Source of the DNA: Phyllobates terribilis
Taxonomy: Eukaryota
Assembly (NCBI RefSeq): GCF_046119375.1
Contig: NW_027362772.1
Location: 303,180,001 to 303,244,000 of the forward strand
DNA length: 64,000 nt
Reading direction: 5' to 3'
Part shown: in pieces, positions 39,401 to 52,526 of the stretch
How the letters are laid out: every line of letters starts with the position of its first letter
How positions within the stretch are numbered: position 1 is the stretch's first letter
Made by a program: the position numbers and the translations under genes
The notes under the pieces: generated by a model
Seen by the model: only the letters and a program-made list of their open reading frames with translations
The model's database searches: none
What the model was told of the DNA's origin: nothing

Positions 39401-40340
39401 GGGTGCATTATATTATATGGAGAACCATGGGGGTGCATTATACTGTATGGAGGACCATGGGAGGTGCATTATATTGTATGGAGGACAATGGGGTGCATTA
39501 TATTATAAGGAGGACCATTGGGGATGCATTATATTGTATGGAGGACCAATGGGGTGCATTATATTGTATGGAGGACCATTGGAGATGCATTATATTGTAT
39601 GGAGGACCATGAGGAGTGCAATATATTGTATGGAGGACCATGGGGTGCATTCTATTATATGGAGGACCATGGGGGGTCCATTATATTGTATGGAGGACCA
39701 TGGGGGGTGCATTATATTGTATGGAGGATCATGGGGGGTGAATTATATTCTATGGAGGACCATGGGGAGTGCATTATATTGTATATTGTATGGAGGACCA
39801 TGGGGGTGCATTATATTGTATGGAGGACTATGGGGTGCATTATATTGTATGCAGGCCCATTGGGGGTACATTATATATTATGGAGGACCATGGAGATTAC
39901 ATTATCTTCTATGGAGGACCATGGGGGGTACATTATATTGTATGGAGGACCATGGCAAGTGCATTATATTGTATGGAGGACCATGGGGAGTGCATTATAC
40001 TGTATGAAAGATTATGGAGGGTGCATTATACTATATGGAAGGCTATGTGGGGCCATTATAATATTTGAAGGGTTATGTGGGGTCCATTATACTGTGTGCA
40101 AGCAATTATCCTGTGTGACGATTTGTGTGGGGACCATTATACTGTTTGGAGGGCTATTGCAGGCCCATTATACTGCGTGGAGGGCTGTGTGGGGGGATCA
40201 TACTGTGTTGGGGTCACCTTACTTTGCCTTGGGAATTGAGGAGGGGTACAGTAGGGTCACTATACTGTGCATGTGGAGTTATTCACCTATTCACCATGAG
40301 GGTATCATACTGTGTTTGGGGGGTACTTTTGTTGGCATCA
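33405..40340. repeat. 30/31-bp minisatellite, about 5 kb excluding the Tc1 insertion, decaying at the right end
   Basis: ATGGAGGACCATGGGGGTGCATTATATTGT; higher-order block repeat with 1741-bp offset (37006 vs 38747). Confidence 0.96.
34347..36211 (+). mobile_element. Tc1 DD34E transposon, defective
   Basis: TA TSD; TIR CACTGC(A/T)CAAAAAAATAAAGGGAACACT; TDES...QD-34-PIE; in-frame TGA at 35298-35300. Confidence 0.93.
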
Positions 40341-40703
40341 TACTTTATGGGGGCAATGAAAGAGAAATCTAGGACTTCAGCAGGAGGAAAATTACTATGC
40401 AAAGGCTGGAAAGTTGTGATATATGCTCCTCTGTGACCCCGACAGTTATTTAATTATTTTTTGGGGGGTTGGGGGCTGGGCAATTAGAACTTCTGCTACG
40501 GGGCCCCATGATTTCTATGTACAGCCCTGGACATGATATAAAATAAACAGTGTCCAAAGGAAAGGAAAACGCCTATTCCAGTTTGCAATTTTCTGCAAAG
40601 GGCAACCAAGGACACGTGGAAGACAGCAACGTATAAAAAGAGGAGAAATAACGTAAAAGCCATATAAAAACAGCAAAGCAAACAGTCGTTAATGTTCACT
40701 CAC

Positions 40704-40800
40704 CCTGTGCCCGCTGTGAGCTCCTCGCACTGGCGTCACCCTGAGGAGGTATTACCCGGCCCCCGATACGCGCTCGCCTCTGGTTACTATACGGCCACGT
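40704..40800 (-). promoter_or_regulatory. Candidate non-coding upstream exon / CpG-rich start for nmnat1
   Basis: Strong - strand donor CAGG/GTGAGT at 40703-40698 in a locally CpG-rich patch. Confidence 0.3.
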
Positions 40801-41394
40801 GCAGACATTACTGGGGTCACTACGTCTGCACCTGGAGAGTCTGGGGCACAGGGCTAAAATTATTCTGGATAAACCCAACATAAGAAGCCGGGAGGATGGA
40901 TCACACCAAATCCGCGGTGCTATTGCCCATCACTGATAAAATAAAGGGGAGAAAACGGCAAATGATACAAAAACAAAAACACAAATAACATAAAATGAAT
41001 GAAACAAAGTATAAGGTGCAGCATCGGGATCACAACGCAAGGGTGGGGGTTTATATGTTTTTTTTTCCAATGGGCGAGCTGTAATGTGGAATAATATTAA
41101 GGTAATTCACTCCTTAATCAGTTGCTGTTACAACAAAATGTGTAGAAATTATTAGAACAAAGGAAAAAAAAAAAAAAAAAAACTTAGTAGTAAATCTTAG
41201 TAAAGAATTCTGCTTCTTTATCCACTTATGAGCCAATTCTCCAGCTGTGTCATCATTCACTCGAAAATCTGTACTGAAAAAAACAGACTGTCAGCTCACT
41301 GAGGGATCAGATTACAGCTGCCCATTGAAATCTTTGGAGAGGAGAGAGTGAGTAGATAAAGAGAGGCACAGGCAGAGCCATGTGGAAGATTTCT

Positions 41395-41810
41395 AGTATC
41401 CAGTGCTGGATTCACAACTACACTGCTTAGTCCTGCAGTATAATGCCCTCCAAGCTTTTGCTTTATAGTAGGAGTTTTATCTCACCCCAGACCTGGATTT
41501 ACAGCTGCTCTGCATAGTACTGCAGTATGTCCTCCATGTTGTTTCTTTTTAGTAAGTCCTTTATCTCAGGCCAGAACTGGATTTACAGCTACTCTGCTTA
41601 GTACTGAAGTATAATGTCCTCCACGTTGTTGATTTTTAGTAAGTGTTTTATCTCACCCCGGAGCTGGATTTACAGCTACACAGCTCAGTATTGTAGCATA
41701 ATGTCCTCCATGCTGTTGCTTTCTAGTAGGAGTTTTCTCTCACCTCAAACCTGGATTTACAGCTACACTGCTCAGTACTGTAGTAGAATGTCCTCCATGC
41801 TGCTTCTGGA
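41395..41810. repeat. 87-bp degenerate tandem repeat, about 5 copies
   Basis: GGATT recurs at 41408, 41495, 41579, 41666, 41753. Confidence 0.85.
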
Positions 41811-43917
41811 CATGCTACAAAGAGACAGAGGAACAGGAATCCCTCATTTCTGTGTGTGTTTTATGTATGGGAAACATAACAGCTAGTCTACTACCACAGG
41901 CTCAAAGACAACTGAAAATTTTTGAAAGAGAACACAGAAGGGAAAACTGGTTAAAATGTCAAGCTACAGGTCATGTAATTGACTCATGTACACACGTCAG
42001 TTTATTTTGAAAAGTCGCCTGAAACCTTTTCTCTGTTGTTTTTTATTATTTGCTTCCCGAATGCAAAATTAAGCAACTTTGTAAATACTCTTCATTTTCC
42101 AGCATCAGAGTCTTTCACCTAGCTGGCTGCTCTTCAGATTCTGACACAAATCCGTAAGAGCTCTGCTCCTGGTTGTGACGGCCCTCTCTGCTCTCCCCCT
42201 CACTTCTTTCAGTATTAGAGGAAGCAGCATTGAGGGGATTATACAAGGCAGATAAAGTGGAGAGAGTGAAAAAGCATCTACAGTCTCAGGGAGGGTGGAG
42301 AAAACATGCTGAAGATTTGGAGGTAACCACATGTAGGGGAAATAATTCCAGGAATTAAGTTGTGCTTATACATAAGAGCTAATGAAGGTAGCAATATCCA
42401 GGATATATTACTGAGAGGGACATGTTCATAAGTGAAAAGTCCGAACCTGTAAGAAGACTGCAAATTGGACATCAAGAGGTCTGAAAATGAATGATGATTA
42501 CACGATGAAACTTAGTGCAACATTTTTTTAACTAACTTTACATACAAATATATGTAACAATCATTTTTTTTCTACATTCAAAGTAAGTTTTAATTATTGA
42601 AAATAATGACACTGACAGCAGCAATCATGGAAATATCGCGCTTCCTCTGGCGTTTCAATGGTGGCATCAACAGACTAGTACTTCTTGTATGGGCTTTTTC
42701 TTTCTCACCTGCACCCCATGGCACCCCCAGAGCATGCACAATATCCGGATGATTGCAGAGAGGAAAATAAGAAAGTTTCATATATTTTTTAGGTCTAAAG
42801 GGTAACGTTTCTCCTTGTGGAGAGTGACACACCGGCTCTGGCATGCCAAGGTAAGGAGGCTTATTCGCCATGCAATGCCCCTCTGGGAAATTTAATATGC
42901 AAATTGCTTCTTCAGGGAAAAAGAGGACTCGAACTCTATAGCGCCACCTATTGGAAGCAGCGATCCTACAAGTCACAATCAACCCTTTAACGAGTCTTGC
43001 AATATAACAGGATAAAAGCCAAATCAGAATCTAAATTTGCAGACACAGTGTTTCGGGCTGTTGGCCCTCGTCAGTGCAAAGTATGAGAACTGATTTGGCT
43101 AGATGAGAGGCTCTGGACTGTGGTCTAAGGGGTAACGTTTCTCCTTGTCATGCAATATGCAATATATTTTTCTACTACTTTAAAAGTTTACTGAACATTT
43201 TTTGAAACACCGACGTAAATAATATCCCAGATCGGAAGAAAATGTCCCCACCTATGACCAACCACCTCCACACATTCCACGACGTACACGCGTGTGTACA
43301 GCAGAGGGCGCTGCCTGCAAAGTCTTCACAGTTTGGAGAATGGTCCCAGTGTGCGGCCAGCAGATGCCCACACATCACATAACTCCGCTGAATACTTTTG
43401 TCTGCATCCAACCAACTGTATAAACCAATGAGATGCTAATCCATCCCAGCCCGCGCCCTTCCCCCACTTTCAAATATGCCACGCTGCCCCAGTGCCACTA
43501 TTGTCTTGTAGCCGAATGCAGCATGCTCCTTTGGGTGGCTCAGTCTCTGGCGATCACAGTGATGGTCTGTGTCATAGTCACTAACTGGCTAGTGGTGAAG
43601 AGTGCCGAACTACTGCATGGCGTCATCCGCAAGCTGCACCGGTAACCGAGACTGGAGTCCGGTGCAATGGTGAAGAATTAACCCATGCAACACCAGAAGC
43701 TAATTTTGCATCCTGTTTACAAAATTACAAACCTTGCGTCATCAAGGCCAAATTTTAAGTTCAAAAGAGGCGAAGAAACTATGAAAACCAAACTAAACTG
43801 GGAAGAGAATGAAAGAAAGTAGTGCTGGTCCATGGAGGTGGGGACAAGGCGACATTGGGCACGTTCACAGAAATTCCTCTGGAAACTTCAGGTGAAATTC
43901 TGCAACTTTCTCATTTA

Positions 43918-44089
43918 GGCCACGTTCACATCTTCAGTATTTTACATCAGTATTTCTAAGCCAAAACCAGGAGTGGGTGATAAATGCAGAATTGGTGACT
44001 TGTTTCTATTATACTTTTCCTCTGATTGTTCCTCTCCTGGTTTTGGTTTACAAATACGGATATCAAATACTGAAGGTGTGAACGTGGCC
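43918..44089. mobile_element. PIF/Harbinger-type MITE
   Basis: TIR GGCCACGTTCACA, TTA duplicated at 43915-43917 and 44090-44092. Confidence 0.8.
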
Positions 44090-46487
44090 TTACACAGAGA
44101 CTAATTTCCCACCGTTCTCTGCTTGTTCAGCTTCTTTACATCCAAAGACTTAGTTGGTTACAACTGTATCCAGTCTAGACTATCCCCTAAGAGCTAAAGA
44201 CTGATACATTGTAACAAACTGTCAGGACAGCTGTTGCATTTAGCTCACAGAGGATTGTATAGACTGGAGACAATTGCAACAAACCCTCAGGTGTGAGAAG
44301 GTCTGAGAATGTAAATCCGAATGCATCTGTCCAGAGACAGCAAGCCGAGATCTTGAACATTGGTGAGTTATATGATAATACATAATATATCAGAAAGTTG
44401 AAAAAGTTTGCAATAAGCAATGATTAAATGCATTTTAAAACTTGATGACGTCTTAAAAGAGATTGCAATATCCATAGGATAGGGGGATAATTTGCTGATT
44501 GCTGGGGGTCCGACTGCTGGGACCGCCCCACTGATCCTGTGAACCAGGTTCTGCAAAGCCCCATCTTGCATGAAGCAGAGGTGGCTGTGCCAAGTACAGC
44601 TCTTGGCAATTTCTGGCGATGAATGGAGCGGAGGCCGAGCAGGCGAAGTCACTCCAGAGAGGACGGGACCCAGATTTCATGATCACTGGGGGTCCCAATA
44701 GTTGGATTCTCAGATTTCAGCAAGTTATCCTGTATTCTATAGATAGGAATAGAGAACTTGCAAATTTAGGAATAACCCTTTAAACTACCGTATGCTCCCA
44801 GGACAGGAGAGCCTTTATACAGGCTTGAGATATAACAATAACTAAAATAAGTTTGGGACAATCCCTATGGCAATTGATGTGGCAGCCATATCGGAGGTCA
44901 CCCAGTTGTTTCTGGGGCTTACAGTCTCGGAGGAGGAGGAGAGCAGGACGACAGCGAGCACAGAGGACATTATATTATTCATGACCGGGGATCAGATGAC
45001 AGACAGCATGATCCACTACTTTCTAGCTCACGTCTCCCACCACCTCAGCCGCTGGTTACCCCGAACCCACAAATCCAGACTGTAAGTGCGCCCCCTATCT
45101 GCCACATGAACAGCGACCCGCCATGATGATCCCTAATCTCTCCTGTTTTCTCTTTCCTCCAGGCTGGTGACTGTGGCATCCTCAGGGGTCGCACTGACCG
45201 TCCCGCAGGTGTATGTACTTCTCAGGTCTGTATAAGTCTTTACAATATATAAAAATGGATGAGACATTTACATGCAGTTTGCAGAAAGAATGTGTTTTAT
45301 AATCCAGAATATAATCCCCCATGGTTTACACTGCAGGCTGCAATAAAGGGGTTGTGAGGGTAGGAAAATCATGGCTGCCCTCCTCCAAAAACAGCAGGTT
45401 GTAACATTAAAAGCTTTACATCCAAGCAGCCGGCATATGGGGGCATCTTACCTGTCCTCTCAGCTTGGCTTGTGGTCCTACATAATTTCGGGATGATTGA
45501 CCCTGCGGCCTGTCCCATAGCTCTACCTCCCGCTCACAGCGTCCTCCATGATAAACCTGAGCACTAAATACTACAAGGTATAAAACCTCCATGAAGATGG
45601 TGCAGTTATAGGAAGGTAACGTAATAACATATTACACAGTGCAATGCAAATGAGGGGTAGAAGGGGGACTGGCAGGATAAGGGTGCAGCATTTTCATATG
45701 CTCCTATCCTAGTCCGGTGGGGGCAATGGCAGAGGAAACGCTCCTATTCTATAACACAGGTCAGCGACTTGCTGTACAGCTGCTGTTGTGAAACTACTCG
45801 TCCCAGCATGCCCTGACAGTCCGCACAACAGCTGGTGTACTGCAGATTGCGGAGCGATTTTAGCATCACTTGGAAAGCGCTTGTCAACCCACATGCAGAA
45901 ATGCATGTGAAGAACGCTTCACATCCGCATGTCCCTGGCAGGAAAAATGCATGTACAATCCGCATGTACAATCCGCATGCACAATCCGCATGCACAATCC
46001 GCATGCACAATCCGCATGCGTTTTTTCTGCCAGGGAGATGCAGAAACGCTCAGAAAAAAATCCGGAGCATTTCTGCATCGCGGGCACATAGCCTTAAAGT
46101 GTTGTCCAGTTTAGATAATCCTATTTTTTAAAGGATTCCACATTGATAAACTGTACGTAGGTTGGGGGTCCGTATTTCAGGCTGATGTTTGTAGATCAAA
46201 CTGACCCCAATATTTTCCCCACAGGCCGAGCTCATCGCGATTTTGCAGCCAACCTCTTCTCAACAACCTTATCTGCAACATCGGCTTCACTCTATTCACA
46301 ACCGGTGAGGGTCTGCACAGCATTACATGTAGCAAGTAAAGGGGGGATCTAGTGATAGAGCAAAAAGGAGCTCCTTGGATGTTTTTGAAAAATAAAAACT
46401 TTTTGAATATTCCTTACAGTCATCTCCAAGCTCTGACTCTCCAGCTGCTGAAAAGCTACAACGCCAAACATGACTGAACAGAAGCAG

Positions 46488-48850
46488 CCCACTGTCAATC
46501 ACCGCCCTACACTGACAGCCCACCTTCTATTACTGCCCTACACTGACAGCCCACCTTCTATCACTGCCCTGCACTGACAGCCCACCTTCTATCACTGCCC
46601 TGCACTGACAGCCCACCTTCTATCACTGCCCTGCACTGACAGCCCACCTTCTATTACCGTCCTGCACTGACAGCCCACCTTCTATTACCGTCCTGCACTG
46701 ACAGCCCACCTTCTATCACCGCCCTGCACTGACAGCCCACCTTCTATCACCGCCCTGCACTGACAGCCCACCTTCTATCACCGCCCTGCACTGACAGCCC
46801 ACCTTCTATCACCGCCCTGCACTGACAGCTCACCTTCTATCACCGCCCTACACAGACAGCCCACCTTCTATTACCGTCCTGCACTGACAGCCCACCTTCT
46901 ATCACCGCCCTGCACTGACAGCTCACCTTCTATCACCGCCCTGCACTGACAGCCCACCTTCTATCACCGCCCTGCACAGACAGCCCACCTTCTATCACCG
47001 CCCTGCACTGACAGCCCACCTTCTATCACCGCCCTGCACTGACAGCCCACCTTCTATCACCGCCCTGCACTGACAGCCCACCTTCTATCACCGCCCTGCA
47101 CAGACAGCCCACCTTCTATCACCGCCCTGCACTGACAGCCCACCTTCTATCACCGCCCTGCACTGACAGCTCACCTTCTATCACCGCCCTGCACTGACAG
47201 CCCACCTTCTATCACCGCCCTACACTGACAGCCCACCTTCTATCACCGTCCTGCATTGACAGCCCACCTTCTATCACCGCCCTGCACTGACAGCCCACCT
47301 TCTATCACCGCCCTGCACTGACAGCTCACCTTCTATCACCGCCCTGCACTGACAGCCCACCTTCTATCACCGCCCTACACTGACAGCTCACCTTCTATTA
47401 CCGTCCTGCATTGACAGCCCACCTTCTATTACCGCCCTACACTGACAGCCCACTTTCTATTACCGCCCTGCACTGACAGCCCACCTTCTATTACCGCCCT
47501 GCACTGACAGCCCACCTTCTATCACAGCCCTACACTGACAGCCCACCTTCTATTACTGCCCTACACTGACAGCCCACCTTCTATTACTGCCCTGCATTGA
47601 CAGCCCACCTTCTATTACTGCCCTGCACTGACAGCCCACCTTCTATTACTGCCCTACACTGACAGCCCACCTTCTATTACTGCCCTGCATTGACAGCCCA
47701 CCTTCTATTACTGCCCTACACTGACAGCCCACCTTCTATTACTGCCCTACACTGACAGCCCACCTTCTATTACTGCCCTACACTGACAGCCCACCTTCTA
47801 TTACTGCCCTGCACTGACAACCCACCTTCTATTACTGCCCTACACTAACAGCCCACCTTCTATGACTGCCCTGCATTGACAGCCCACCTTCTATCACTGC
47901 CCTGTGCTGACAGCCCACCTTCTATCACTGCCCTGTGCTGACAGCCCACCTTCTATCACTGCCCTGCATTGACAGCCCACCTTCTATCACTGCCCTGCAT
48001 TGACAGCCCACCTTCTATCACTGCCCTGCATTGACAGCCCACCTTCTATTACTGCCCTGTGCTGACAGCCCACCTTCTATTACTGCCCTGTGCTGACAGC
48101 CCACCTTCTATCACTGCCCTGTGCTGACAGCCCACCTTCTATCACTGCCCTGTGCTGACAGCCCACCTTCTATCACTGCCCTGTGCTGACAGCCCACCTT
48201 CTATCACTGCCCTGTGCTGACAGCCCACCTTCTATCACTGTCCTGTGCTGACAGCCCACCTTCTATCACTGCCCTGTGCTGACAGCCCACCTTCTATCAC
48301 TGCCCTGCATTGACAGCCCACCTTCTATCACTGCCCTGTGCTGACAGCCCACCTTCTATTACTGCCCTGTGCTGACAGCCCACCTTCTATTACTACCCTG
48401 TGCTGACAGCCCACCTTCTATTACTGCCCTGCGCTGACAGCCCACCTTCTGTTACTGCCCTGTGCTGACAGCCCACCTTCTATTACTGCCCTGTGCTGAC
48501 AGCCCACCTTCTATTACCGCCCTGTGCTGACAGCCCACCTTCTATCACTGCCCTGCACTGACCGCCCACCTTCTATCACTGCCTTGTGCTGACAGCCCAC
48601 CATATATTACTGCCCTGCACTGACTGCCCACCTTCTATCACTGCCTTGGACTGACAGTCCACCTTCTATCACTGCCCTGTGCTGACAGCCCACCTTCTAT
48701 TACTGCCCTGCGCTGACAACCCACCTTCTATCACTGCCCTGCGCTGACAGCCCACCTTCTATCACTGCCCTGCACTGACAGCCCACCTTCTATTACTGCC
48801 CTGCACTGACAGCCCACCTTCTATTACTGCCCTGAAATTACAGTCCGCTT
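46488..48850. repeat. 31-bp minisatellite, about 75 copies
   Basis: ACTGACAGCCCACCTTCTATCACCGCCCTGC with regionally clustered variants. Confidence 0.97.
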
Positions 48851-51800
48851 TCTATTGCAGCATTTGCTCTCATCCTCATACTACTGGAGCCGATGCCATG
48901 TTGGCTAAAGACCCTTTTTCACATTTTTGGGGTGGCCTCCTTCATCAAGGGGATCTGCACGGTCCTAATGACGTCTCTGGCTGCAGAATGCGTAAGTGCT
49001 CAAGTTGTTGATCACAACCCAAGAATCACTACGTGAAGAATTAGTAAAAGTTTACAGAACGGAATCTATAAGGAAACCGCAGTATACAGTGGAAATATCC
49101 CCCCTTTTACCAATAGTAGCCCCACATTGATGGCACCAAGCGGCCCTAGTGCCATAGAATAGCTGTAGGGCTGATGCAAAATGTGTAACAGAAACCCCCC
49201 AACCAACGTGTGCAAATGGCTTTCCTTCTAGTTACCCAGGGATATTTAGCGCACCCCTGTATTGCGGCCTCTGTGGGACCTTTCATGGCGGCCATATTAG
49301 TTATCATCCATCTGCATTTGACAGAACACTATAAACTTGAAGTCTTCCATCTTTTGCAGGCCATGAGCGCTCCAGCTCTGTACTATCTGTCTGTGGTGCA
49401 GTCGTCCATCAGCGTCTTATCTACAGGTGTGTACATGTCCCTATATACAGCGCCACACAGACATCAGGACACATGATAATCCTACAGCCTGTGACATACA
49501 GCCGACCTCCATAAAGCAACCTGCATATATGATGTGTGTGAACAGGGTGGTATCATAAGGAGAGTTATTTATGGAGGCTTAGCCGTCATTTCCGGCAGCT
49601 TTGGGGACACTGTTACTGTCAATTATCTTTGCTTCATGCCATTATTATTGCCACTGGGAAGAATTAGCCCAAAAAGAGGATTCCAATTGTTTATCAAAGG
49701 CTTAAATTGCATCTCTGCCTTAGCCCCATGACAACACTTCCTGCTCCTGTGTTCACAAAGCTCTGTAACACCATGGGAAGGGTTGACCTTACAGTATCCG
49801 AGAGTTGTACCCCAATTAGTTAGACATTGACAACATCTCTAATTGATATGTTACTAAACCCTTTATAGCCCTGCTCAACGACCTGCAAAACTACAACCCC
49901 CATCATGATGGGAGTAACAGCTGGAGGACCATAGTTTGGGAAGTATTGCCTTTTAAAGACTTTAAATCTATGGTTGATTATCTGTGTATGTGCTGTGCAG
50001 GTAAAAGTGAGCTATTGCTCTCTGCTATCATCCAATTAAAGTTAGAAAAACTAACCCCTGTCCTCTCCACTTTACGATGCGTCTCCAGAGTTAAGATAAA
50101 GATTTGTGCAGGACCCTATTCCAGCGGTTATTACCGAAGCCCTGTGAAGCACCTCCTACCTGCTGACGCCCCGGCGCCTCTTCTGCAATGTGGTTCCAGG
50201 ACTATGTCATCGTCGCAGCATGGCGCATGCATGGTGGCATGGTGCCCTGCTAACAAGAAGTCCTGGGGATGCCAGCAGGGTTCTAGTCAATGGTCATGGA
50301 CTACTGAGGTCTCCGCTGGACCTGGGTCCTGCAAATCTTTTTGCTCAGCTCTACACATTTCCAGTGCTACACACCTTTAGGCAGGAATATGAGCCAGTGA
50401 TGGAACCAGCAGAAAGAAGTATATGGCCTTATTCACACAACCATGTAGTGGTCTTATATTACGGTCCATGTTATGGCTGCAATTCCTGACCTGACTGAGA
50501 ACTAACGACGTCATCTAAACTGCACCAAGAACTGTGGAACAAATGTCGACAAATATCAAATGCTAATTTTATAACTATGGACTTTATTTTTTGCAGTGTT
50601 TTTCCTGATCGTTGGCCCTTTCTGGCTTTCCAACTCCGTTTTTCCTGGGATGATCCTTGATAAAGAAACTAGAACAGGCATCTGCTATGAAGTAGTGACC
50701 TGCTGCCCGTGTACGTGGCACGTCTGAGGAGTTGTAGCCCCCCGGAGTCGCTGCTTCATAAAGACCTACTGTACTTGTGAACAATGGAAGGGTGAGACGG
50801 GCTGAGAACAGTGAGGACTAATGCGCTTCGTACCTAATGGTCCTGCAAATCGGTCCACAAAGCCGGCAGAACAGAGGAGCATTCAGCTTCACTGGAAACA
50901 ATGGTCTCTTCCCACTATGAAGCTGTGGAGAGGGAATCCAGCAGCGGCCAGAAGAGGGGGAGCTGGTGGTGGGGGGCTACTGACTGCCGCAGTCTCCTGG
51001 TGATTGGCAAATTCTGTGCTGACAGTTTTTGGCTGGGATCCCAAATGGACAAATTATTGTGTCATTCAGAGATTAGCGGGGAAATAAAGGAGCAGGGACA
51101 TGGGGGGGGGGCATGTTTCACAGCAGCAGTAATGCAGAACTCCTACGGTCACACTGATGCTCATATATATGGGGGCACTCATCTCTGCATATAATGAGCT
51201 TTTTCCATGTATATTATAATAAATGATGCAATTTCCATACATATTATGGAGGTTGAACATGGCGCTTCAAGTTCTAAAAATGCCCAGCTCTTAAAGGGTA
51301 TGTCTGCGTTATGGTGGCACTACAGTCAGCTGATTGCTGCAGGACTCGCTGTTGGTATCCCTGGTGGTCAGTGCGCGGCTGCAGCTTTTTTCAGCTCCGT
51401 GTATTACAGGACCCCCTCAGTCTATGCCTATGAATTGGGTACTGTGCATTAAATGTTTATGTAAGGTCAACCACTCATGGCAATGACTCCCACTTGGGGT
51501 AATATAATGGGGTCCCCGCCGTGATATAAGACACTAAAGCAGACAATAGTTATAGATTGTATAAAAGTAATTGCAGCAAAAGTGAAACAATGTGCATCTC
51601 CACAATAATTAATTCTAAGGTGATATCTTTTCCCTGAGCGAGTGCATTGGCCAGAAGGAGAAAAAAAAGAATAAACCCTAAAGAAATAACTAGTTACCGT
51701 ATATCCAGTTTCCTGCCATAATGCCACCAACCAGGAGATGGCGCTGCTGTAATTGTGTTTACATAAAGACTAGTGTTGAGCATTCCGATACTGAAATATC

Positions 51801-52396
51801 GGGTATCGGCCGATATTCACTGTATCGGAATTCCGATACTTAATTCCGATACTTTTATAATATCGAATACCGGAATCGGAAGTTCCCATAATGCCTGCGC
51901 TCTGCAGTGTCTCTGAAGGATGACAAGCTGGATGGCAGCGCTCAGCTGCGATCCAGCTTGTCATCAGAATGCCATCCCAGCGTGGGAGAATTCTCCTGAT
52001 TGTTTAAAAGCCGGCGCGCGGTAAAAAGCCGCCGGCTTTTAAACAATCACGCAGCCCCATACTGCTTCCCCGCAGCCTCCCACCCCGATCCTCCGCTCCC
52101 CTCGCCACCTCCCATCCCGATCGTAAATTAGGACCGGGCGGGGAGCGCAGCACCAAGGAGCGAAGGACCCGGGCGGGGAAGCCGGCAGTGAAAAGACTTC
52201 ACCGCCGGCTTTCCCGTTCTGTGCTGCGCTTTCCCGCCGGTTATTTCAAATGAACAGCTGAGGTATCAGGTGATGCCGATCAGCTGTTCATTTGAAGTAG
52301 CCGCGGTGCCCTTAGAGGGTTCATGTGAGTTCATGCTTGACTGCATGAACTCACATCAACTTTCCCACGGCCGCACAGGTCAGCCTCACCTCCCGG

Positions 52397-52526
52397 NNNN
52401 NNNNNNNNNNNNNNNNNNNNNNNNNNNNNNNNNNNNNNNNNNNNNNNNNNNNNNNNNNNNNNNNNNNNNNNNNNNNNNNNNNNNNNNNNNNNNNNNNNNN
52501 NNNNNNNNNNNNNNNNNNNNNNNNNN
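52397..52526. other. Assembly gap (130 N)
   Basis: Run of n. Confidence 1.

Larger units (their letters stand above)
42103..50727 (+). other. Putative spliced + strand gene of unknown identity (candidate exons 42103-42153, 44925-45081, 45163-45208, 46225-46304, 49360-49426, 50597-50727)
   Basis: Pyrimidine-tract AG acceptors and GT donors; one phase-consistent open frame ending ...LYYLSVVQSSISVLSTVFFLIVGPFWL...TCCPCTWHV-stop; family not recognised. Confidence 0.35.

Noticed and set aside
36303-40372. Long ORFs up to 503 aa of MEDHGGALYC repeats
   Set aside because: The 30-bp unit lacks stops in several frames, all frames give similar ORFs and 31-bp units shift frames freely.
46488-48850. 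CRISPR-like 30-32-bp repeats (also 16720-16945 and 33405-40340)
   Set aside because: Head-to-tail units with no unique spacers, no cas genes, vertebrate context.
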